Source: the human T2T-CHM13v2.0 reference genome, Homo sapiens | DNA: 64,000 nt | Reading direction: 5' to 3' | NCBI GenBank assembly: GCA_009914755.4 | Contig: CP068257.2 | Location: forward strand, 29,440,001 to 29,504,000 | Shown here: in pieces, positions 54,405-64,000 of the stretch | Layout: each line of letters starts with the position of its first letter | How positions within the stretch are numbered: the stretch's first letter is position 1 | Notes under the pieces: model-generated | Database searches by the model: none | What the model was told of the DNA's origin: nothing | Seen by the model: only the letters and a program-made list of their open reading frames with translations | Program-made: the position numbers and the translations under genes

Positions 54405-54810
54405 TCATCTATCTTGTATTTTTAGAAAAATAAAAGAATAGGTTTCATATGGGAGAAGACCTCAAATTCTCATGGCGGAGGGAGAGAATACAAGGAAGGG
54501 CAAAAGAGGGTGGCAGGGTAGAAGAAAAACAACAAGAAATAAGTAGAAGCCCACATCATGAGCCCAGCTTCCCCTCAAGACGTGCAGGTGATCAACACAG
54601 GCTGACCTCCATATGTGCTCCAAATGATCAGGAATCCCGATAACACCTTCACAAGCTGTCAGCTCCTCCCAGCTGACTCTCCATTTACTGCATCTCAGTG
54701 ATGTTACAGTACAAACAACGTACCAAACACCAGAACACAACGTAAGACACCAAACCGTTCCAATCTGCAGAAATGTCAACACGGCCTCGACTTTACAGGC
54801 CCAGGCTCAC

Positions 54811-54898
54811 CTGCAGCACAAGTGAAAGACCCTCTCCGGCCTCCCTTCAGACTCGGATTTTACATGGACAATTTCACACACGGCATTTGCCTCTGCAT
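54811..54898 (-). CDS. Candidate internal coding exon (88 nt) of the minus-strand gene: ..(D)AEANAVCEIVHVKSESEGRPERVFHLCC..
   Basis: Minus-strand acceptor ..cattgttgttttaatttctttag|ATGCAGAGGCAAATGCCG.. and a strong donor ..TTGTGCTGCAG|gtgagcctggg. Only one of the three frames is open. Its entry phase matches the exit phase of the 57959-58061 exon (the junction codon G+AT gives Asp). It retains CpGs and is repeat-free. Confidence 0.45.
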
Positions 54899-55135
54899 CT
54901 AAAGAAATTAAAACAACAATGAATCAGGGTATGTTTCAAGTGGATTTATTTACATGTTTGCAAAAGCATTTTTCAGCTGTGATAGAGGATTAATAATGCA
55001 GAACACTGTATAAGATCAAAGATATTTTCCTACTATTTCACAATCTAAAGAGATGAAGCGACTGAAAGCTTAATGGATGCAAAGAAGAGAACACTTGGAA
55101 AATTTCCAGTTGGTAAAATCTTCTAGATGGTCTAA

Positions 55136-55460
<325 letters not shown>

Positions 55461-57140
55461 CTGAACTCACTCTTCCAGCCATGCAGTCTGGTTAACTGAA
55501 CTGTGCATTTCAATTAAATGATTAATTGTTTTGGCAACAGTTGGACTCAGTGGAGCCAAAGCCTCCTATGCAGATTTCATCCGGCCAGGGATACGACAGG
55601 TAAGCCTTTGCTGTCTGTTAAGGGAGGCTTCCCCCAGGTGGCTGGGCCTAAAGCCCTGGAGACCTAATTGGGTTTCTCGTCCCCAGCCTACCCCTGGAGT
55701 CTGCTTTGAACACAGCAGAAAATGGTATATCAAGAAGGTAAGGGACAATTTTAAAATAATTTTGAAGCTCTGTAGTGCCTATAATAGCACAGTACTTTAA
55801 GTCATGAATAAAGTGTTTGTGAAAGGAACAATTCACTGCAGACATTCAGGCCATACATTGTGAAGTCTCACTTTTATCCAGTGGTTCAGAACCCTGGTCA
55901 CAAACCCTCACTGTGGTTGCATGATTTAACCCTAACCAGAATCTATCTGCAAAAAATTGTACAAACTTTCCAAACTAAAATAAAAACCTAGAAATTCCAC
56001 GTTGTGATTCTCAAATCCACTAGAGTGGATTTCATAATGAAAGACATCTTGACTAGCCTTTATAACTCAACTAAAATAAGCTTTTATCTTGATGGTTTTA
56101 AACTTGACTTGAATGAAAAATAGAGAGTGAGAATGGAATGTCGTATTACAAAGATGGCTTTGTCTTCAAAATTTGAAGTTTTTATGTGTTTACTCCTCAA
56201 CGCAGGCGAAATTCCTGGCTTAGAAGCTGTCAGTTTGCTACAGAAATAAACTTTCCCATTTGTAAACCTGGCATGAGGAAACAAAGGAACTAGATAATTC
56301 ATAACCTACGATTCTAAGTAAGACTTTAGTATTTAAGTGCTCAAACCTCAAAATGCTATGTATTGCTGCCCTAGACTCACAACTTACAGGTGCCTGCAAA
56401 TTCATATATAAATCAATTTTGCAAATCACATCATAAGTAAAAGGGCATCCGGCAAATCTCTACTGGAAGCTTAGAGAGAAACCTTCTAAAACAAATAATC
56501 ATTCCAAATATATTTGCCCTACATGGTTTTTGCATTTGAGTTTTCCTACTGTAAGGCAGAAAAACTGTGAAGGAAGAGATGCCTCATTTAATTTGGAAGA
56601 GTAACTCAAAGTGTGCAAAATATGGCAAGAGGGTTCTCCTCATGACGTTGGACTAGGGTGGGTTGGTTTTCTGAGGATCAGATCCAGTTTTACTGCTTAT
56701 GACAAGTGGAAACAAGGAGGCTAAAAAACAGAAATTGGATAGTAGGAACTTGTAGATGCCAAAAGCATAAAATAGAAATTCTCTTGATCATGCACCTGCA
56801 GGTCTCTACCACCAAGGCTTTTCTTTACCAAAGCTGCACCTGCTGTCCAAGTGGGACAGGGAACAGATGTGGCTAAAGAGTTTCCATTTGACTCTCCAGA
56901 GATGCTCATTCCAGGATGTGCCTGGGAGAGCCACACAGTCCATTCCTCCTCTTGAGAACTTGGCTTCAAATTAGGCCCAGGATGGGGAGCTTCTGGGTCA
57001 CAGAAATATCACTTTTCTTAGTCAGTACCCCTGCTACTCATGTGTTTCAAGCATCGTCTAATTATATTATGAAGTATACTTATAGCTACCCAACAACTCA
57101 CTTCACTGCTATGTGGATCACAGAAAAAGAATCAACATTT

Positions 57141-57435
57141 CAGGTTGGGCATGGCAGCTCACGTCTGTAATCCCAACACTTTGGGAGGCCAAGGCGGGAG
57201 GCTTGCTTGAGCCCAGGAGTTCAAGCCTAGCCTGGGCAAAATAGCAAAACCCTATTTCTACAAAATATTTAAAAAATTAGCTGGTTGTGCTGGCACATGC
57301 CTGTAGTCCCAGGTACTTGGAAAAGATAGCTTGAGCCTAGAAATTTGAGGCTACAGTGAGCTATGATAGCACCACTGCTCTCCAGCCTGAGCAATGGAAT
57401 GAGACCCCATCTTTAAAAAAATTAAAATCAATGTA
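57141..57435 (+). mobile_element. Alu (old, AluJ-like) with 17-bp TSD
   Basis: ggttgggcatggcagctcacgtctgtaatcccaacactttgggaggccaaggcgggaggcttgcttgagcccaggagttcaagcctagcctgggcaaaatagcaaaaccc...; TSD AAAAAGAATCAACATTT at 57124-57140 and at about 57437-57453. Confidence 0.9.
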
Positions 57436-57720
57436 AAAAAGAATCAACATTTTAAAAGCCTTCACACTAACAGCAAAGATAAAGATTTGTAATACTTTAG
57501 GGAAAAAACATGTGTAGTCAATGCTTTTTAGTGCTTTTGGTGGTATTTTTGGATCTCTCAGTTGAAAGGCAAGTGAGTAGTTTATGTGGGCTTTGTTTGC
57601 TCAGTCTCAAGGATTCTTTCAAGAAGCACAGGCTCACTGTACTCAGGTGGTAGTCACTATAGTATTAATCTATAGAATAGAATAACTAGAATCTTTTCCA
57701 GGAATTTTGAAGACATTACA

Positions 57721-57772
57721 CATCCATTCACTCAGTTCATTCATTCACTTGGTTCATTCATTCATTCATTCA
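57721..57772. repeat. (TTCA)n tetranucleotide microsatellite
   Basis: catccattcactcagttcattcattcacttggttcattcattcattcattcaat. Confidence 0.85.
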
Positions 57773-57958
57773 ATATTTAATCAATGGCTGGGTAAATAAG
57801 AGGCAATAGAGAGACCGAGAGACAAGAGAGTTAAGCATAGGGAAAAAAAAAAAAAAAAGACGGTAGAAGAGTTAGACCAAGAGTGTGGATTCAAACAAAT
57901 AATTCCTACACACATCAGAAATATGTGTGTGAAATACCCAGCACAGGTGAGAGTTTAC

Positions 57959-58061
57959 CTGCACTCGCCAAAGCTCGAACCTGCAGCGCTTCCGTGGGGA
58001 TCATGTGTCGAAATCTGAAGGGGTCCCAGTCCTCATAAATGGAAAGCCTGTGAGATCCTAC
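57959..58061 (-). CDS. Candidate internal coding exon (103 nt) of the minus-strand gene: VGSHRLSIYEDWDPFRFRHMIPTEALQVRALASA
   Basis: Minus-strand acceptor ..ggttccttctcctctgcag|GTAGGATCTCACAGG.. and donor ..TTTGGCGAGTGCAG|gtaaactc. Only one frame is open (both others have stops). 5 CpGs in 103 nt. Phase-compatible with both the 58636-58694 exon and the 54811-54898 exon. Confidence 0.5.
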
Positions 58062-58635
58062 CTGCAGAGGAGAAGGAACCAGCTGCATAAGAAGAATCTA
58101 ACCTGCCCCGGACCAGTTCCCTGCATTTTCTAAACCAGCGACAGACTCTCACGCAGTAACTCTAGGCGTGCCCAAAGGATCTTCACCCCCATGAGCTCCT
58201 GTCCATCCAGCAGGAAGTGAGAGGCTGCGTGATAAATACGTTGAGGGGAGGGTGTGCAAAGAAGTTTGCTAAGCAAATGCAGTGAAGAGAGACACACAGA
58301 GAAGAGGAGAAAAAGGATCCCAAAAGAAGAACAGGGGCAACAGAGAAGGGGAAAAGTAGCGTTAGGAAGGTTCTGGGCCATGGCAGACCCAATCACCAAT
58401 TGAGTCCAGTTGGTTCCAATTCACAAAAATGAGACCAATTCATGTTTGTGCTCTAAACATAAGCCTGCCTGAAAAGATGGCAGGATGAGTGATCTCAAGC
58501 ATCCTTAGCAATGCTTAAGAAAGAAAAAAGATCATAAAAAGGCTCATACTGACAAAATGGTAGAATTATGCAGGCATAACTGATAAGCAGATAGAGAAAT
58601 AGTTTCAAACCATGGGGTAACATAAGATGTCTTAC

Positions 58636-58694
58636 AAGTTTCTTCTTCTGTTTGGAACCATCTTTATACACAAGGACCACAGCAGTTTTGAAGA
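58636..58694 (-). CDS. Candidate internal coding exon (59 nt) of the minus-strand gene: ..FKTAVVLVYKDGSKQKKKL
   Basis: Excellent minus-strand acceptor ..gtctttattttattttttccag|TCTTCAAAACTGC.. and donor ..GAAGAAACTT|gtaagacatc. The frame that is open ends on a codon boundary, matching the phase-0 start of the 57959-58061 exon. A second frame is also open, so the reading frame is inferred from that junction. Confidence 0.4.
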
Positions 58695-59469
58695 CTGGAA
58701 AAAATAAAATAAAGACAGTTATGGTATGTCATGTGTAGGGTTTTCCCCTTGACATCACCAACTTGTGGTAATAAACACTACAGTTATGAAGAGGACGTTG
58801 AGATCCCAGTTAACTGACTCCCACCCACCTTCCATTCATTCATCACATCTGTGAAAATCAAAAGCCTATTGAGACACAAGTTTCCAGGTTCAAAATAAAC
58901 ATAGAAAGCCTACATAAATGGAATTAACCTATGGCCCAAAAAACTTTTGCGTAAAATATGTTAGGTATGATACAATTTCAAGGTTAAAACTTCAGCTGAT
59001 ACATATTCAACAAAAATGTACTAATTCAGTAGATGGAGGAATAATATAAACGTCTTTCACAATAACAATGCAATTGCTGAAGATGATTTACATTTATGCA
59101 AATTAAGGTAATAGTGCACATAGACAGTGATAATTTAGGAAATATAACTCATCTTTTGACCTAAAGAAACAAAAATGAGTTTATGAAATAGAATTCAACT
59201 GTATGTCTTCCAGAATGACTGAATCAGGTAAGCTCTCTAGGAGTGGTAAACATGTAGTTTCATTCTTATATTCTTTCGGGGGTGGGGAGATACAATGGAG
59301 TTATGCATAATCTTCCAGAGAATTTGTTAAGCAATGCCAAGCACATTTAACCTGCAGTGATTCTGATTCTTCCTAGAAGGGTAAGTAGAGTTGGCACCCA
59401 GAAGGAATAGAAGGGTGACTGACTCCTGCCTGTCCTTTGTTCTCTGTGTCAGCGTCTCTGCTATGGTCC

Positions 59470-59775
59470 AAATGTTTGTGTTTCCCCAAAATTCATACCT
59501 TGAAACTAATCACCCTTGTGATGGTTTCAGGAGGTGGGCCTTTGAGAAGTGATCAGGCCCTGAGGACTCTGTCCTCATGAATGGGATGAGTGTCCTTATA
59601 AGAGACTTGAGAGAGATGCCTTGACCCTTTCGCCATATGAAGCCACAGCTAGGAAGTAGGAGAAAGCAGGATCTTGGACTTCCAGCCTCCACAACTGTGA
59701 GAAATAAATCTCTGTTGTTTGGAAGCTGGCCACTTTATGGTATTTTGTTATAGCAGCCCAAATGGACTAAGATAG
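59470..59775 (+). mobile_element. MLT1-type MaLR LTR fragment
   Basis: ..gtccttataagagacttgagagagatgccttgacccttt.gccatatgaagccacagctaggaagtaggagaaagcaggatcttggacttccagcctccacaactgtgagaaataaatctctgttgtttggaagctggccactttatggtattttgttatagcagcccaaatggactaagata matches the MLT1 3' consensus (..cttggacttccagcctccagaactgtgagaaataaatttctgttgtttaagccacccagtctatggtattttgttatagcagcc..actaagaca). Confidence 0.6.
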
Positions 59776-61533
59776 TCTCCATTATCCCTTCATACTGACC
59801 CCAAGGAATAGCCCAGTCACACAGCGGCTGAAGGAGGCACAGCCTTGTACACCAGACACAGAATTACAAAAGGAACAAACATTCAGAGAATTCTCAGGGA
59901 TGGGCCACCAGGCTCACAGGCCCTTTGGAGGCCAACTGGAAGTATCTGGTTCAATTTCTATCCTACGGAGGGCAGGTCGGTCTTGTCTCCTCTTTGTGTA
60001 AGATCATGCTAATCTCCACTGCAGGGAAATAAGCGCTGAGATGCAAAGAAACTGACTCCAGCCACTCGGTCTAGACTGCCCATAGCCCTTCACACCTCAC
60101 AGCATCTGACCCCTCAAGGTTCCCAGAGCACAGACTGGCAGGTTCCCCACAAAGGTTCACACTGACCCGAGGAGGCCACACCAGCTCTTCACAGCAGCTG
60201 AGCACAAGCAACCTGAGAAGGCCTTTTATTCCCACTATGAAGCCTTCAGAAATCAGAGAGGCTGGGACAGCTAGGTCCTCTTAGAAATGAAAGAGCTCTA
60301 CCCCAATGACTCTAATCTCAGAAGCGCCACCATGCCACTGGGACCACAGCTCAATGCTATGATTCCCTCGATTTCCCTCAATCTTAACCATTGTGGATCA
60401 CAGCAGGAGGGCCAGAAAGTGAGCTTCAGCCTGGCACCGGGACCTCAGCCTCTCCCTTAAACTTTCCCTAATCCTCGGAGCTAGTGTTACTCAAGTGACT
60501 CCACAGTGTTGCCCGATCCCTTCAGACATGGCCTTGATGATCTCCAAAACTCATGCTACCTTTGCCAGCCTAAAGCATCCACTCTGTGCCCCAAAACGTG
60601 AATGTCAAATACCCTTCAAGGCAGAAGGCTATTTCTATTTTTGTTTGTTTCTGTTTAAGGCAACAATCACCAACATTTGGTACACATGAGCCATCCTGTG
60701 AAACATCAAGGCGCTTCGTTGGCAGCAAGTCAACTTCGGTTTCAGAAGAAAGCTGCACTATTTCCTGAGGTTAGAGGTTTAAACCAAAACAAGACAACCA
60801 CATTTTAACCCCAAATCTGCCGACTGAGGGTAACCATGATCCTTCCTTCACAGCACCTCTTCCTTATTTCAACTCCTTGCTCAGCCTTTCTGCTAGTTCT
60901 GCCTTGCTACTTGAAATCACACCCAAACCATCAAACTTGTCTCTTTAACGGCTGGGAATCCACAGAAGCTCATCATGACTACAGCCTTTGTTCATAATCC
61001 CAATTTTAATCCTTCCCCTTCTCTTTCCTATTACTCTGGAGAGGATTCTGAATAATGATAAACACGTCTTGTACCTCAGAGCCTTCAGTTTTTCTCTTAT
61101 GAACTACAGCCCCTATTGAGTTTGCTGACAGTGTGATGCCCATGAAGCTGGAGTATGCAGTCTCCATTTACACCAGGGACAGGTGCTGTGGGCCCGCCTT
61201 CCTGGAGACAGCACCCACACCGACTTCTCATAAACAGCCCAGGAGGCAGGGAACAGAGTAATGTAGAGTCCACTATCGGAGCCTGTGCAGAAAGTGGTAC
61301 CTAAATCCCCAACCTCAAAACCAGCATTTTCCTGAATCACTTACACCATGGGTTGGCAAACAAGGGCCCTCAGGCCAGACCCAGGCCTGCTGCCACCTGT
61401 GTGGTGCAGCTGCTGATCCAGCCATCTCATTCATTTACATGTTATCTAGGGCTGCTTCTGGCTCCAGTGGCAAAGCATGTGGCCTCTTGGCCCAAAGCCT
61501 AAAATGTACTATGTAGCCTTTAACAGAAAAGAG

Positions 61534-61875
<342 letters not shown>

Positions 61876-62194
61876 CTACTTAAATTATTTTCTTATTCTA
61901 AATCTCTTGATTTCTAACTACAGTGAATCTGTAAAACTGAGGGCAAAGCCATGAAAAATCTAAATGTTGACCTCTATGACTGCTAGTCTGTAGTCCCACA
62001 TCACTGTGTGGGTCATTTACATCAATATCCTGCATCCCATGAATGACCCATTAAGCAGCATCCAGGAGATCCCAGACTCCTCCAAGAAGAAATCACTATA
62101 GAAGAAACACAAGTGGTGATGTTGAAAAGAAAGCAAATACTACTTCCCCCCTCCCCCAAAACACCTACCCCATCAAAAACTAACAACTTGTTAA

Positions 62195-62578
<384 letters not shown>

Positions 62579-64000
62579 TGACCTCAACAGCTACAGGGGC
62601 TCTTTGGAAATTTTGGGAATATTAGTAACTTTTCAATGAAGGCTAAGTCATTGAAATACAAAGTCCAATGGATCTTTGCATTAAATACTTTGATTTTAAA
62701 ATCACTAGGACATTCCATTTGGGGATACTTTGTTCACATCATGGAGGAAAAAAAAAAGTTTAGTTAAGAAGGAGAAAGCAACCTCCGTTCCCAGCAAGCC
62801 CACAAAAATAATATAAGGCAAGAGAATAAGGCAGATTTCCATTATATTATGTTCCTACCCATGAGTCTTTTAGCAAGAGGCTAGGACAAAACGCAACCTA
62901 AAACAAAAGCATGGAGTGTTGATAGTTTTATATTCATGAACAACACAGCAATATGCCAATAAGCATTTACATTGCAACAACAAGCTATGTTTCCTAAATT
63001 ATATGCTAACCCATGTTTTTTCTCTCTCTCAAAAAGCATATTACAATACAATCACATGAGATCTCTAATTGCAGCAATTGCATCCATCTAAACTGGTTTA
63101 TTAAAAAATAAGTCATTCGCAAACATCTCTAATTTCACTAGTATTGAGTGGCAATGCGATTGGGATGCACCTCACAGCTGATCCAGGCACTCCAGAGTTG
63201 CCACAACAGCTCAGCTGAGAACCAGCATCCTAAATCCTGGCCTTAAGACCAAACAGCAACAAAGTCAGGAAGCAAATAAAAGATCTAGGACTGGGGGGTC
63301 TCAGAAACAGAGGCCATTTTGTCTTGATTTTTCACTTTATTTTTCCTTGGTTTATAATTAACCCATTATTTTGAAAAGACACGCAGAGCAGCAGCCAAAA
63401 AAAAAAAAATTCTTTTCCTGCCTCTGTGTTTATGTCTGGGATAGACTTGGGCACAGCCATTTCCGCCCACCCATGTGGCTGAGTGACCACATAGGGCAAT
63501 TTAACTCGAAGGTTTCATTTAGTGTTTGTGAGATGTTGGTGGCTACGGCAGGAAGACCGATTCAAGTAACTGCAATTAACTTTATTTTTAATCAATTGGG
63601 TCTTGAAAAAGAAATGTTCTTGTTTTGAAAACTAAGCTAGACTTTTCCCCCTCCATAAAACGCTTTTCTGATACACACCGAATGCTGCCAACTCTGGTTC
63701 CTTTTTCCACTTGCCCAGCGAGGCCGGCGGGTTCAGCCAGATCACGGTAGTGTGCAAAAGCAGGTCTCCCATGCTCAGATCTGCAACCTGAAAGCCAGAG
63801 ACGTGACAAAGCTTACTGGGTGGTGTTATCAATACTCAGATTTTCATGATGTTTGAAAATTCAGCATGCTGATATTAATTTTACTTCAAGAAAATACTGC
63901 TCCTAAAAACATTTGCTTAAATATGTGAGATAATGCTAAGTTAAACTGCTGGATTTAGCCATTCCACAATGTAACATATCAAAACATCATGTTGTACACC

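Noticed and set aside
58103-58110. An additional exon ending at the donor-like GGGGCAG|gttaga immediately upstream of the 57959-58061 exon
   Set aside because: It would leave a 39-nt intron, below the minimum length for spliceosomal introns.

Overview
This window is human (primate) genomic DNA, not a prokaryotic locus. It is AT-rich and CpG-depleted, and roughly half of it is interspersed repeats. I count about 30 Alu elements, many with recognisable target-site duplications (TSDs); several minus-strand L1 fragments whose ORF2-derived peptides appear as spurious ORFs in the six-frame track; two solo LTR12 (ERV9-type) LTRs; a cluster of MaLR LTRs (MST/THE1/MLT1-like); MIR fragments; DNA-transposon MITEs (Tigger2-like, MADE1, a hAT-like element); and several microsatellites. 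The six-frame ORF track assumes bacterial start codons and almost entirely translates Alu, L1 or low-complexity sequence. I found no rRNA, tRNA or CRISPR arrays, no operon-like gene packing, and no prokaryotic system of any kind.

The one convincing protein-coding signal is on the minus strand. A 161-codon open frame at 48113-48598 begins at a canonical splice acceptor and looks like the last coding exon of an unidentified gene. It is followed by about 2 kb of repeat-free probable 3' UTR with two candidate poly(A) signals. Further upstream on the minus strand, three short repeat-free exon candidates (58636-58694, 57959-58061, 54811-54898) have AG/GT boundaries and a single open frame each, and they splice to one another in consistent phase. 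At least one exon between 54.8 kb and 48.6 kb must be missing, because phase is inconsistent across that gap. I could not name the gene or product from memory.

Other points worth a second look:
- Two same-orientation solo LTR12 copies 4.6 kb apart, each with its own 4-bp TSD, lying antisense to the gene.
- A nested insertion history in which an L1 is split by an LTR12 and then an Alu, and a second L1 hosts MST, THE1 and two Alus.
- A CpG-rich unique block at 26.44-26.69 kb containing a triplicated 10-mer.
- A 130-bp direct repeat flanking a compound microsatellite.
- A MADE1 palindrome in the intron.
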